A stretch of DNA of 64,000 bases from Clostridia bacterium (GTDB lineage Bacteria > Bacillota > Clostridia > UMGS1883): the NCBI GenBank assembly GCA_017440585.1, contig JAFSGW010000098.1, positions 5,640 through 69,639 on the forward strand, in the 5' to 3' direction. Position numbers and translations under genes: made by a program. The notes under the pieces are model-generated. The model saw nothing but the letters and a program-made list of their open reading frames with translations. It was not told the DNA's origin and made no database searches. Below are positions 52,803 to 62,351 of the stretch, in pieces. How positions within the stretch are numbered: position 1 is the first letter of the stretch; each line of letters opens with the position of its first letter.

Positions 52803-53471
52803 TCAGTCGTTTGCACCATATACCGCAAGGTATTCACGTATTCTGTTGATGCAATCGGGGTCGCTCATTCTTTCGGGATGGCTTTCAAGATATTCGATAA
52901 TTTCGTAAACTGTAACTACGGAATATACGGGGAAGCCGTGCTGCTGTTCAATTTCCTTCATGGCAGAAATTTCGCCAAGCCCCTTTTCCATTCTGTTAAC
53001 CATAATCATAACGGCATTAATCTTAACGCCTTCAAGAGTTTTCATAAGCTCGATGCTTTCACGGATAGCTGTACCTGCTGTGATAACGTCTTCAACGATA
53101 ACAACGTTCTGACCCTCTTTAGGTGTGTAGCCAACGAAAATACCGCCTTCGCCATGGTCCTTAACCTCCTTGCGGTTGAAGAAGAAGGGAAGGTCAATAC
53201 CCTCACGGGAAAGTGCACTTGCGGCACTAACTGCCAGGGGAATACCCTTGTATGCAGGGCCGTAAAGCACAACGTTTTCAGCCTTTATGTTTTCCTTATA
53301 GCACTGAGCGTAGTATTCGCCTAACTTACAAATCTGGTCACCTGTTTTGATTTCGCCTGCATTGATAAAGTAAGGAAGCTTTCTGCCGCTCTTTGCAATG
53401 AAATCACCAAACTTTAAAACGCCTGCATCAAGCAAAAATTCAATAAAAGAAACTTTATATTCTGCCAACAT
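52803..53471 (-). CDS. pyrE: Orotate phosphoribosyltransferase
   Basis: It has the PRPP-binding motif VVIVEDVITAGTA. I chose the start at 53471 because GGAGGAA lies upstream. Confidence 0.92.
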   Translation of the reverse strand: MLAEYKVSFIEFLLDAGVLKFGDFIAKSGRKLPYFINAGEIKTGDQICKLGEYYAQCYKENIKAENVVLYGPAYKGIPLAVSAASALSREGIDLPFFFNRKEVKDHGEGGIFVGYTPKEGQNVVIVEDVITAGTAIRESIELMKTLEGVKINAVMIMVNRMEKGLGEISAMKEIEQQHGFPVYSVVTVYEIIEYLESHPERMSDPDCINRIREYLAVYGAND

Positions 53472-53536
53472 ACCGAATTCCTCCATAATGTTTTTTTATA
53501 TAATATCACAATCTTTCGTCTTTTTCAACCTCTATT

Positions 53537-54385
53537 TCATAAGAGAGGTAATAACTCACATATGGGAGCTTCTATGGTTACCCTCTCCCCTTTTGAGGGA
53601 TGATTAAAGGATAACCTGTGGCAATGAAGCCTTAAGCCTTCGCCTTTAATTTCTTCGCCGTAGAGCCAGTCGCCGTATATGGGAAAGCCCAGGTGTGCAA
53701 GGTGCACCCTTATCTGATGTGTTCTGCCCGTAAGTGGCTTTAAGCGTAAAAGGGTAAAAGTGCCCATTTCCTTTTCAACTGCATATTCCGTAACAGCCTC
53801 TTTCCCATCCTCTGCCACAACACGCCTTATGCCTTCCCCACGCTTTATAGGAGCATCTATAACGCCCGTTTTTTGGGAAGGGGTACCCTTAATTACTGCA
53901 ACATATTCCTTTTCTATTTTCTTCTCCCGCATAGCCTTATTGAGAAGGTGTGCCGAAAGAGCATTCTTTGCAATAAGTACAGCTCCCGAGGTTTCCTTAT
54001 CAAGGCGTGTTATAACGTGAAATTCAGCACTGCCATTAAAGTAATGGACTACACCGTTTGCCAATGTGTTGGTATAATTGCCCTTTGATGGGTGAGTTTC
54101 CATGCCACGGGGCTTATTAAGGACAAGCACATCCTCGTCCTCGTAAATTATATGAAGTTCCATCCTTGAGGGCACAATGCAGCTTTCCTCGTGCTCCAGA
54201 TCAAGGCTCAGCACGTCGCCCTCTTTAAGCTTTTCATTAATACGAGCTGCTTCCCCGTTCACTTTAATACCGCCCGATGCCTTAAGCTTCTTTATGATGT
54301 TCCCGGAAAGCTGCAGGTCACCCTTCAATACATATTCAATTTTTCTCCCTGCCATATTTTTTGTGACAATAATTTCTTTTTTCAT
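53537..54385 (-). CDS. RluA-family pseudouridine synthase
   Basis: It has an N-terminal S4-like domain and the catalytic motif ITRLDKETSGAVLIAK, plus HQIRVHLAHLG. Confidence 0.9.
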   Translation of the reverse strand: MKKEIIVTKNMAGRKIEYVLKGDLQLSGNIIKKLKASGGIKVNGEAARINEKLKEGDVLSLDLEHEESCIVPSRMELHIIYEDEDVLVLNKPRGMETHPSKGNYTNTLANGVVHYFNGSAEFHVITRLDKETSGAVLIAKNALSAHLLNKAMREKKIEKEYVAVIKGTPSQKTGVIDAPIKRGEGIRRVVAEDGKEAVTEYAVEKEMGTFTLLRLKPLTGRTHQIRVHLAHLGFPIYGDWLYGEEIKGEGLRLHCHRLSFNHPSKGERVTIEAPICELLPLL

Positions 54386-54446
54386 AGTATCACCGTATTC
54401 ATTATAACACAACAAAATCTTTCTTGCAAATTTTTAAAAAAAGTGC

Positions 54447-54475
54447 TTGACATTTCTTGAAATAGCGGTTATAAT
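54447..54475 (+). promoter_or_regulatory. Perfect consensus sigma-A promoter for tRNA-Asn
   Basis: TTGACA (54447-54452), a 17-nt spacer, then TATAAT (54470-54475). Confidence 0.7.
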
Positions 54476-54496
54476 AACGAAGTAGCAATCAGATAT

Positions 54497-54572
54497 TCCT
54501 CTATAGCTCAGTCGGTAGAGCGCATGACTGTTAATCATGATGTCGTTGGTTCAAGTCCAACTGGAGGAGCCA
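54497..54572 (+). tRNA. tRNA-Asn (anticodon GTT), CCA encoded
   Basis: 76 nt. The acceptor stem TCCTCTA pairs with TGGAGGA (one G-T pair). It has a D-arm AGCTCAGTCGGTAGAGC, an anticodon loop CTGTTAA, a T-arm GGTTCAAGTCC and a terminal GCCA. Confidence 0.93.
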
Positions 54573-54574
54573 AA

Positions 54575-54607
54575 CAAAAAAAGCAAGTCGTTTGACTTGC
54601 TTTTTTT
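54575..54607 (+). terminator. Rho-independent terminator after the tRNA
   Basis: Stem AAGCAAGTC / GACTTGCTT with loop GTTT, followed by TTTTTT. Confidence 0.85.
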
Positions 54608-54641
54608 ATTTGAAAACAAGCCCGGGTTCGACTCTTAACAT

Positions 54642-54677
54642 AAAAGAAAACCATCGCAAATGCGATGGTTTTCTTTT
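54642..54677. terminator. Terminator of the SLH/CAZyme gene string
   Basis: AAAAGAAAACCATCGCA-AA-TGCGATGGTTTTCTTTT, immediately below the stop of the 1028-aa gene. Confidence 0.8.
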
Positions 54678-54685
54678 ATATAATT

Positions 54686-57600
54686 TTATTCTTCTTCTGC
54701 GTTAATAACTTCTTCCTGAACCTGCTTGTAGAAGTCCTGGAGATAGTCAAGCTCTGCAGCATCATCAGAGATAATGAAGAATTCGTTTACAGCATAGCCT
54801 GTAAGAGCTGCCCAGTTGGGGCTACCTGCGTTATAAGCACGCTTTCTTACAATTACAAGCTGACCGGGAAGAATATCCTCAAGTGTACCTCTTGTGATGG
54901 AAGCAATGTTACCTTCACGGTTGAAGTTAATCTTGAATACGTTACCTTCAAGTCTTTCGTTGGGAAGAACTTCAAGTTCGTATGTGTTGCCGTCGTCGCC
55001 TGCATATTCATTTCTTGCACATGCAATACTGAAGAGCTTATTGTTTACAACCTCGTCGATAGCTGTGACAATACCGCAGTAGTGACGGATGTTGTACTTA
55101 TTGGAGTCAGAATCCCAGTAATTCCACTTTCTCCACTGATCCTGATAGAAGGGCTTGAAGGGAGTTACGAAGGACTTTGTAGACTCGTTGAAGATGGGTT
55201 CAACCATTTCGTACATATCGAAATAGAGGCTGTCATCATAGTAAGGAGCAACGTCTTCAATATAAGCACCGTCTGTAGAAATTCTTACAGGGAAGCCTGC
55301 AGGAAGGAAGGGCTGAGAAAGGTCGTTATTAACGTGACCTTCGCCGTCCTTATAGTACTTGGGTCTTACAAGTGCATTTCTTACGCTTGTGCCATCGAAG
55401 TAGTAAATTCTTACTGTGTTTTCCTGAGCATTCTTATCGTAAGCTTCTGTAACCTTCATAATGAATTTGGGAGCAAGGTCAGGCTGGTTGTTTGTTGCAG
55501 CCGTATTCTTGTCTGTATCCTCTGTAGAGTCGTTGGATTCTACATACCAGTCAGCCATTACAAGGAAGTTACAAGCTGTCTTCTGCATGTCTACGGGAGA
55601 TTCATCATCACTGTAGTAGTATGCATAAATCCAGTCATAAGAGCTGAAGTGATAGTTATCCCAGTAGCTACTCATGGGCTTTACGTAGAAGGACTGGTTG
55701 TCGTTCTTGTAGTCAGCTTCTTCCTGAAGGAATGCTGTTGTCTTTTCGTCGCAGTAGGTTCTCATACCAACGTTCTTCTTGCTCACTTCGTCGTAAACCA
55801 TTTCCTGGCTGTAGTGCAAGCAACCGTAGTTCTTGCTGAAGTAAAGCATTGTGTTGGAACCGTTCTTAACAGTACCTGCCTGTCTTGTCTGCAGGTAGCC
55901 GTCTTCTTCACCAACAACTACAACCTCGCAGATCTGCTGCTTCTGGTTGAGCTTGTAAAGGAAGCCTGCTCTTGAAGGATGGGGACGCTGATTTTCACCG
56001 TAGTTGGGGTCTTCGGAAGCACCGAAGAGAGCGTCTGTAAATGCCAGCTCATAGAACTCGGAAGCTGTCATCTTTTCGTCGTTAACCTTAACAGAGGAAG
56101 CAAGGTTATAAATCATAACGCCGCTGTTCTGTGTAAGAACCTTAACCTGGTAGCCTGCTTCAAGACCACCGTTGTTGATAGCAATGAACATACCAATGTT
56201 CTTACGGATAACTGTTGTACCCTCGAAGCCTGCAATACGGTTGTCAGCATCAAGATAGAAGTCGCCTTCGTCGGAAACAGCAAGCTCAAGTCTGCCTTCT
56301 ACAGCAGGAGAAACTTCATATTCTGTACCGTTGATAACGTAGCCGTCAGAGGATGCTTCTGTGATTGCACCTGTAACTCTGTTGTTGGAGATAACAACCT
56401 TCTTTTCAAGCTTGTCAAGAGATTCGTATACATAAAGCACGCTGTACTGCTTAATGTCAGAAAGCTGTGCCACACCACCGTAGGAGTTGAGGAATGTAAC
56501 GTGATAGTCCTCATCCTCGGGGTCGAAACGATATGTTGTAGAGCGGTCGTAGGAGCTTGTTACGTTACCGGAAGACTGAGAAACTGCGAAAACGTATACA
56601 AGGTCATATTCCCATACGTCAACTATATCATAGTCATCGTCACCGTTGTTATCAATAAGTACAACGTGACCGTTTTCGGGCATAAGAAGCTCTTCGCTTA
56701 CATCGATAACAGCCTTGCCGTTATACATAACGTAAGGTGTGGAGGATGTCTTAACATCCTTTGTCTTTCTGTCTGTTTCCTTGTTTACCCAGTATTCGAA
56801 TGTGTAGCCGTCTACTGCAGAGTAGGAAACGTCAACGAGGTTGTCACCTTCGATTGTAAGTGTGCTGTTCTTTACGCTCTTTGCACCGTATGCAATAATT
56901 GTTCTGTACTCTGTGGAGTCTTCAGCATCGAGAGCATAAACAGTTGCATAGTAGCCAAGATAATCTGCGATGTCTGTGTAACCTGTGTTGAACACTTCAT
57001 CGTTGATAAGTACCTGTTCTTCTTCAACAGTTGTTTCACCATCGATAGCAGCGTACTCGTTTTCCATAACAATACCCTTTATTTCCTGAACATCGAAGAA
57101 GGAATTAAGAGCATTCTTGCCTTCAACCGCCTCGTACTTAACCATTGTACCGTCAGCGGAGTAGGATATGGGAAGCATAAGGTCTACAGTAAGAGCTGCA
57201 TAAACGAGCTTTGCAACGTCACTACGTGTAATGTTCTGACCCATGCCTGTGTCAAGCTTCTTTGTGATGCCGAGTCTCTGAGCTACATAAACGTAGTCCT
57301 TAAGCTCGTCACCGCGAACCTGTGCCTGGTGACCGTAACCGAGAGCGGATACAACCATCTGCACAGCATCTTCATATGTAGCAGACATTTCGGGATTGAA
57401 GTTACCGTCTTCATCACCGCGGGCAATACCTACAGTCTTCGCCATAGCGATAACACCTGCAGCCCAGCCCTCATAATCGTACATATCGTTGAAGAGCTCC
57501 ATGTCATCGGGAGCTTCTTCATCGTAGCCGTCAATGCCTACAAGCTTTACGGCAATAGATGCCATTTCAGCCTTTGTAATTGTGTTATAGGGAAGGAAAG

Positions 57601-57772
57601 AACCGTCCGTATAACCTCCCATAATGCCCAATGCGTCGAGCACGTCAACTGCAAGCTCACAGTCTGTATCAACTGTGTCGTAGTAGGTTGCTGCCACAGC
57701 GCTGTTGGGAACAACTATAAGAGAGAAAACCATTGTGAGCATAAGTAACATGCTCAGAATTCTTTTTTTCAT
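54686..57772 (-). CDS. Large surface protein with N-terminal SLH repeats and an uncharacterised roughly 800-aa C-terminal region
   Basis: 1028 aa with a signal peptide (MKKRILSMLLMLTMVFSLIVVPNSAVA). Three SLH-like repeats are present (AVDVLDALGIMGGYTDGSFLPYNTITKAEMA..., GWAAGVIAMAKTVGIARGDEDGNFNPEMSATYEDA..., YVAQRLGITKK...ITRSDVA). I recognise no catalytic motif. Confidence 0.82.
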   Translation of the reverse strand: MKKRILSMLLMLTMVFSLIVVPNSAVAATYYDTVDTDCELAVDVLDALGIMGGYTDGSFLPYNTITKAEMASIAVKLVGIDGYDEEAPDDMELFNDMYDYEGWAAGVIAMAKTVGIARGDEDGNFNPEMSATYEDAVQMVVSALGYGHQAQVRGDELKDYVYVAQRLGITKKLDTGMGQNITRSDVAKLVYAALTVDLMLPISYSADGTMVKYEAVEGKNALNSFFDVQEIKGIVMENEYAAIDGETTVEEEQVLINDEVFNTGYTDIADYLGYYATVYALDAEDSTEYRTIIAYGAKSVKNSTLTIEGDNLVDVSYSAVDGYTFEYWVNKETDRKTKDVKTSSTPYVMYNGKAVIDVSEELLMPENGHVVLIDNNGDDDYDIVDVWEYDLVYVFAVSQSSGNVTSSYDRSTTYRFDPEDEDYHVTFLNSYGGVAQLSDIKQYSVLYVYESLDKLEKKVVISNNRVTGAITEASSDGYVINGTEYEVSPAVEGRLELAVSDEGDFYLDADNRIAGFEGTTVIRKNIGMFIAINNGGLEAGYQVKVLTQNSGVMIYNLASSVKVNDEKMTASEFYELAFTDALFGASEDPNYGENQRPHPSRAGFLYKLNQKQQICEVVVVGEEDGYLQTRQAGTVKNGSNTMLYFSKNYGCLHYSQEMVYDEVSKKNVGMRTYCDEKTTAFLQEEADYKNDNQSFYVKPMSSYWDNYHFSSYDWIYAYYYSDDESPVDMQKTACNFLVMADWYVESNDSTEDTDKNTAATNNQPDLAPKFIMKVTEAYDKNAQENTVRIYYFDGTSVRNALVRPKYYKDGEGHVNNDLSQPFLPAGFPVRISTDGAYIEDVAPYYDDSLYFDMYEMVEPIFNESTKSFVTPFKPFYQDQWRKWNYWDSDSNKYNIRHYCGIVTAIDEVVNNKLFSIACARNEYAGDDGNTYELEVLPNERLEGNVFKINFNREGNIASITRGTLEDILPGQLVIVRKRAYNAGSPNWAALTGYAVNEFFIISDDAAELDYLQDFYKQVQEEVINAEEE

Positions 57773-57802
57773 ATTGCTAACCTCTCTATCTGCTGGATTA
57801 TA

Positions 57803-59614
57803 TTACTTCATGAATCTGTAAATCTGGTCAAGGATAACTGCCAGATAAGCACGGGAAGCGTTCTTCTTGGGTGCGAATACGTCTACGCTCTGCTTGTTGT
57901 CTGTAGCGTCGAGGTAAACACCTGTGTTGTGAAGAGCTGAAACTGCTTCATATGCATAAGCTGCAATTTCTGCCTTATCTGTAAATGTATCTGCACTTGC
58001 CTTGAACTTGTCAAGGGATAAGCCCTTGCCAATAGCGGCTCTGTACACGATTGTGATTGCATCCTGTCTTGTTACAGGGTCATTAATTCCGAATAAACCG
58101 TTGCCGTAGCCCTGAGCTATACCAAGCTTTTCAGCACTTGCAACGTAAATATAATACCATGCATTGGGGTCAACGTCTGCGAAGGAGGATACTGCTGTGA
58201 TGTCAGCTAAGCCGAATACGTTGATAACCATCTTCATGAATTCAGCTCTTGTAACGCTTCTTTCAGGACCGAAGGTCTTATCACCGTAACCGGAAACTAT
58301 CTGGTTCTTTGTAAGGTTCAATACAGCATCGGATGCCCAGTAGTAAGCTGTGTCAGCGATATCTGTGTAATAGTCCTTGATTTCAACGTTGGGGTCCTTC
58401 TGGTTTTCGTCCTGAGAAATCTGTGTGTTGATTTCAGCTGTCTTTACAGGTGTGCTCGGACCGCTGGGGCCGCTGGGACCGTTGCTGTCCTTCTTGGATT
58501 CCTTGTACTTCTTTTCAGCCACCTCGTAAGCTTCTTCCCAGGCTTCCCGGATTTCCTCTACGCTGTAGTATGTGCCCTTGAACTCGTCACAGAAGAGAGT
58601 TCTGAGCTTCTTTGTATCTTCAAGCTCTTCGATTTCGTCTTCGTCAACATTGAAGATTTCGTTGTTAGCCTTTACAACATTTACAAGGCTGAGCCAGCTT
58701 GTTTCGTTAACAATCTGTACAGCTGCTGCCTGTTCAACCGCAGCCTTGAGCTCGTCAACTGTTTCAACCTCAGCATCAATTGTCTTCAAAACCTTTGCAA
58801 GTGTGCCAAGCTCTTTTATCTTACCGTAAAGGTCTGCTTCTTCGCTGTCAAAGCCGATTACAGAATCAAATCTGTAAACGAGCTCTGTAAGAGCCTTGTC
58901 TGCAGCACCGGCTGTGTTGTAAGCTGCCACAAGGTATGCTTCCTTAACGAAGCTTTCGCTGTTTTCAGCTGTGTAGCTGCCCTTGCCGGGAAGGTATTCG
59001 CCGTTTACACCGTTTGTGATAAGCTCAGCAAAAGCTGCCTTGCCTTCATCGTCAGAAAGTGCTTCGTAGTCCTCGCCTGTAAGCTTAAGGAGTACATTGC
59101 CGTCTTCGTCCTCTGTAAACTCGATAACAGAAAGAGCATTGTAGTGAACATCAAGCTTCGCCTTAACGTCGCCCTCTGTCATATTGATAGCTTCGAAGAA
59201 GCCTGTAACGTCTTCTGTACCGATGTAGAAAATTTCTGTCTCAAAAAGGTCTGCCGCCTTGTTAAGAGCAACCTGGAGCTTGTATTCACCTGTTGCAACT
59301 GCGTCGGGAGCACCGAGCTTAACCTCAGCCTTGTTACCGCCTACGGGAGCATAACCTAATGTTACCATGTCACCGTCTTCATCTACCATGTAAACCATAA
59401 CGGTCTGGTCGTTGTCGCTGTTTTCTGTAACAACGTCAACATACACATAATTCATACCAACCTGGTTAGCAACAGCTTCTGTCACTTCAGGTCTTACATA
59501 TACGACTGCTTCAGGAGCAATATCCGCTGCAAGAGCACCGATTGCTGTGCACTGAATGAGCACAAATGCACAAATGATTGCAGCCAGAATTCTTGTCATT
59601 TTATTGCCGTTCAT
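57803..59614 (-). CDS. Surface protein with C-terminal SLH repeats
   Basis: About 603 aa from the ATG at 59614 (RBS GGAGGAAG). It has a signal peptide and C-terminal SLH repeats (YWASDAVLNLTKNQIVSGYGDKTFGPERSVTRAEFM..., YIYVASAEKLGIAQGYGNGLFGINDPVTRQDA...). Confidence 0.83.
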   Translation of the reverse strand: MNGNKMTRILAAIICAFVLIQCTAIGALAADIAPEAVVYVRPEVTEAVANQVGMNYVYVDVVTENSDNDQTVMVYMVDEDGDMVTLGYAPVGGNKAEVKLGAPDAVATGEYKLQVALNKAADLFETEIFYIGTEDVTGFFEAINMTEGDVKAKLDVHYNALSVIEFTEDEDGNVLLKLTGEDYEALSDDEGKAAFAELITNGVNGEYLPGKGSYTAENSESFVKEAYLVAAYNTAGAADKALTELVYRFDSVIGFDSEEADLYGKIKELGTLAKVLKTIDAEVETVDELKAAVEQAAAVQIVNETSWLSLVNVVKANNEIFNVDEDEIEELEDTKKLRTLFCDEFKGTYYSVEEIREAWEEAYEVAEKKYKESKKDSNGPSGPSGPSTPVKTAEINTQISQDENQKDPNVEIKDYYTDIADTAYYWASDAVLNLTKNQIVSGYGDKTFGPERSVTRAEFMKMVINVFGLADITAVSSFADVDPNAWYYIYVASAEKLGIAQGYGNGLFGINDPVTRQDAITIVYRAAIGKGLSLDKFKASADTFTDKAEIAAYAYEAVSALHNTGVYLDATDNKQSVDVFAPKKNASRAYLAVILDQIYRFMK

Positions 59615-59643
59615 TTTTCTTCCTCCATTCATATCGGATTAAA

Positions 59644-60843
59644 TTACTTTCCCTGCACCACGTAGGGGTTTTCTCTTGAAGGCATGTAGCCATAGTACTG
59701 AGTGGGAGTATCTTCGTTTACGAAGTATACCATGTACTTGTACTGGCTGAGGTCTTCATCCTCAGGGATTTCAATTTCAAAAGTAACTTCTGCTTCATCC
59801 AATACGAGGGCACATTCATCAACTGTTGCAAAATCAATCATGATATCGTTCTTGTAAAGAACCATAACAGCAGTGAAGAATACGTCGTCTTCATCGGAGT
59901 TATAAAGAGTTGTTGTATGTGTAAGAGTGCCGGAGGTTGTAAAGCCTGTGGAGTAGTCATAGGGGTTACCCTCAGCATCTGTACATTCAATATCTGTTAT
60001 TTCAAGGGGATTGTCAAACACTTCAGCTTCATAAAGCTCAATATCGTCAATTGCAAGAGGTGTTCTGCCCTTGTAGTTGAAGTCAATTGCAAAGAGACCT
60101 GTTTCGGGAGCCTTGAAAGTGAAGAGAATCTGCTGCCATGCACCGTTTCTTTCGATTTCTCTGCCGATTTCGTTCCAGCCTACAGTATACTTTGTCTTAT
60201 AGCCGTCACCCTTATCGTTGAGAACAAGAACCTTGAATGCACGGTCGTCGTCGCTTATTGTGTTACCGTTGGGCATTCTTACCCATGCGGAGAATACATA
60301 AACCTGACCGCCTGTTACGCCTGTACGGTAAATGAAGTCACCTGCGGAAACGGAAAGACCGAAGTATCCGCTGTGAGCAGCATCTGTGGAGATTTCACCG
60401 TTAGCCTTAAGAATATTCTTAGCTGTTTCGATGATGGGTCTTGTTTCGATAGTGGGGTTGGATTCAAAGCCGTCAAGCTTTATTGCATTACCCATACCTG
60501 CCTCTACCTTGTAACGAAGGTTGTCGTATGTGAATACTGCAGCGTTGTCATCGCCGGGAGTTACATACACACCGCCATCACGGAGAGTTGCTGCGAAAAG
60601 GTCAAGAACTTCTTCTTCCTCTTCTTCAACTTCCTCTTCGACATCTTCAACTTCTGTAACTTCTTCCTCTGCTTCGGTTACTTCTTCGATTTCTTCCTCT
60701 ACTTCGGAAACCTCTTCTGTAACCTCATCGATTACATCTTCAGCCTCTGTAACTTCTTCTGCAAAAGCAGTCATTACAGAAAAGCCAAGAGCAAGCGCGA
60801 GTGCTAAGCAGAGCATCTTGAAAATTGTGCTTTTCTTTTTCAT
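59644..60843 (-). CDS. Secreted protein with an acidic EEV/TEAE repeat and a CBM-like beta-sandwich region
   Basis: About 399 aa from the ATG at 60843 (RBS AGGAGGAA). It has a signal peptide and the acidic repeat EEVTEAEDVIDEVTEEVSEVEEEIEEVTEAEEEVTEVEDVEEEVEEEEEE. The central region resembles a CBM4/9/22-type sugar-binding module (AHSGYFGLSV...GQVYVFSAWVR...IDDIELYE). That assignment is tentative. Confidence 0.6.
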   Translation of the reverse strand: MKKKSTIFKMLCLALALALGFSVMTAFAEEVTEAEDVIDEVTEEVSEVEEEIEEVTEAEEEVTEVEDVEEEVEEEEEEVLDLFAATLRDGGVYVTPGDDNAAVFTYDNLRYKVEAGMGNAIKLDGFESNPTIETRPIIETAKNILKANGEISTDAAHSGYFGLSVSAGDFIYRTGVTGGQVYVFSAWVRMPNGNTISDDDRAFKVLVLNDKGDGYKTKYTVGWNEIGREIERNGAWQQILFTFKAPETGLFAIDFNYKGRTPLAIDDIELYEAEVFDNPLEITDIECTDAEGNPYDYSTGFTTSGTLTHTTTLYNSDEDDVFFTAVMVLYKNDIMIDFATVDECALVLDEAEVTFEIEIPEDEDLSQYKYMVYFVNEDTPTQYYGYMPSRENPYVVQGK

Positions 60844-60934
60844 CTGACATTCCTCCTGATAACTCGTCGGCGAGCCGACATGTATATTCAAAAATTTAAA
60901 ACAACCTTAAGCCCCCATGGGCGCATCCGGCAGA

Positions 60935-62239
60935 CTATTCATTAAGCTGCCATGCTCTTACATAATCGATTTTGAATTCGGCAGGCCACTGGGTTGAGCC
61001 GTCGGGTTTACCGTCCCAGCCATCAATGGCAAGGTTCAAAATCATATACATTCCCGTTGCTTCCTTTATGGCACTCTTGTTTGTAAAGTCGTGACCGACC
61101 TGAACACCGTCCACATAGTAGCGCATATAATCGGGAGTCCATTCAAAGCCGTAGGTATGGAAATCATCACTTGTGCTGTAGCCCAGGTTAAGTACCTGTT
61201 CATGGCTGTAGTGCTCATTCCATGCAGGGCCGTAATGGAAGTTTACGTGAAGCTCATTGGGCTTTGAGCACAGCACCTCAAGCATATCAATCTCGGGGGG
61301 CCATCCGTCCTTGAGCATCCACCATGCAGGCCACATACCTTTGCCCTTGGGCATCTGCATTCTGGCTTCAAAATAGCCATAGTCAAAATTATACTTGTGG
61401 TGAGTGTTCACCGCACCTGAAGTATAAATAATGTCATACTTTTTATTATTGAAGGTACCCTGCTTACCTACTGCATCCGGGTGCTGTCTGTTTTCACCCT
61501 TCAAGGTAAGGATACCGTCCTTTACAATTACATTTTCGGGAACACACCATGCCGCATGGTTATGTGAGTGACCCCAGGAGTAGTTATAACCCCATTTTGT
61601 TGTATCAAGGCTTTCACCATCAAAGTCGTCATTGAAAACAAGCTGATATCTTTCATCGATATAGTCAGGTCTTTCAACCTTGCCATCTTCAATAACGGGG
61701 AACTGTATGCGTCTTATGCCGCTGCCTTTTACTACGGGAAGCTTCATATAACATTCCTTCATATTCTTTATCATCTCTTCCATTTCGGAAGGAGTGACAC
61801 TTTTTTCAGGCTCCAGAGCACCTTCGTTTTTAATAATGCCGTTTGAAGCTGCCACCTCTATATATGTAAGAAACTTTGGTGAAATCTCATCCTTATCGGT
61901 AAAGGCTACATCCACGCCCACAGCCAGCTCGTTTTTCATTGCCGCAAGCCCTCTCACAATCATGGCGATTGCTTCCTGCTTTTCTATGGCTCTGTCGGGC
62001 ACAAAATCCTCTTTATCGATAATGCCTGCACGGAGTGCTGCCTGAATATATTCCGCCTCGGGAATTTTTGAGTTTACATGCGAGGGAATAAGCGGTTTAA
62101 GCTTTGCCGTAAGGCAAACCTCTTTCATGAACTCAAGCCGTGTAACCGAAGGTATTGCCGCTGTTCCCCTGATGCAACCAAAAACCAGAACAAAGCACAA
62201 AACCATGGCAAACAGCCTGTGTATTAACTTGCTTTTCAT
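60935..62239 (-). CDS. Glycoside hydrolase family 16 (beta-glucanase type) with an N-terminal SLH-like region
   Basis: 434 aa with a signal peptide. The GH16 catalytic motif EIDMLE lies within WPPEIDMLEVL, and the fold-typical block YHTYGFEWTPDYMRYYVDG is present. Confidence 0.87.
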   Translation of the reverse strand: MKSKLIHRLFAMVLCFVLVFGCIRGTAAIPSVTRLEFMKEVCLTAKLKPLIPSHVNSKIPEAEYIQAALRAGIIDKEDFVPDRAIEKQEAIAMIVRGLAAMKNELAVGVDVAFTDKDEISPKFLTYIEVAASNGIIKNEGALEPEKSVTPSEMEEMIKNMKECYMKLPVVKGSGIRRIQFPVIEDGKVERPDYIDERYQLVFNDDFDGESLDTTKWGYNYSWGHSHNHAAWCVPENVIVKDGILTLKGENRQHPDAVGKQGTFNNKKYDIIYTSGAVNTHHKYNFDYGYFEARMQMPKGKGMWPAWWMLKDGWPPEIDMLEVLCSKPNELHVNFHYGPAWNEHYSHEQVLNLGYSTSDDFHTYGFEWTPDYMRYYVDGVQVGHDFTNKSAIKEATGMYMILNLAIDGWDGKPDGSTQWPAEFKIDYVRAWQLNE

Positions 62240-62351
62240 TTTTCTCCTCCCCTAAGGGCACAAAAATAGCGATTATGATACATCTATCTTATATAATACA
62301 CTAAAAAATTCCCCGTGTAAATAGTTTTGTTACTTTTTTTCCATAAAATTT

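Noticed and set aside
52791-53324. 177-aa plus-strand ORF
   Set aside because: It is antisense to pyrE, which has clear PRPP-binding motifs.
54608-54641. tRNA-like fragment (CCCGGGTTCGACTC) downstream of tRNA-Asn
   Set aside because: Only a T-loop-like 9-mer is present. There is no complementary T-stem, acceptor arm or anticodon arm. The same 9-mer, CCCGGGTTC, also occurs at 35039, so it is probably chance or part of the terminator spacer.
54665-57748. Plus-strand ORFs of 436 aa and 589 aa
   Set aside because: Both are codon-aligned antisense shadows of the 1028-aa SLH gene, with the same Cys/Val-rich composition and no RBS.
59917-60807. 296-aa plus-strand ORF, and the 108-aa Ser-rich ORF at 60521-60847
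   Set aside because: Both are antisense to the CBM-like gene. The Ser-rich and Phe-rich stretches are the complement of its acidic GAA/GAG repeat.
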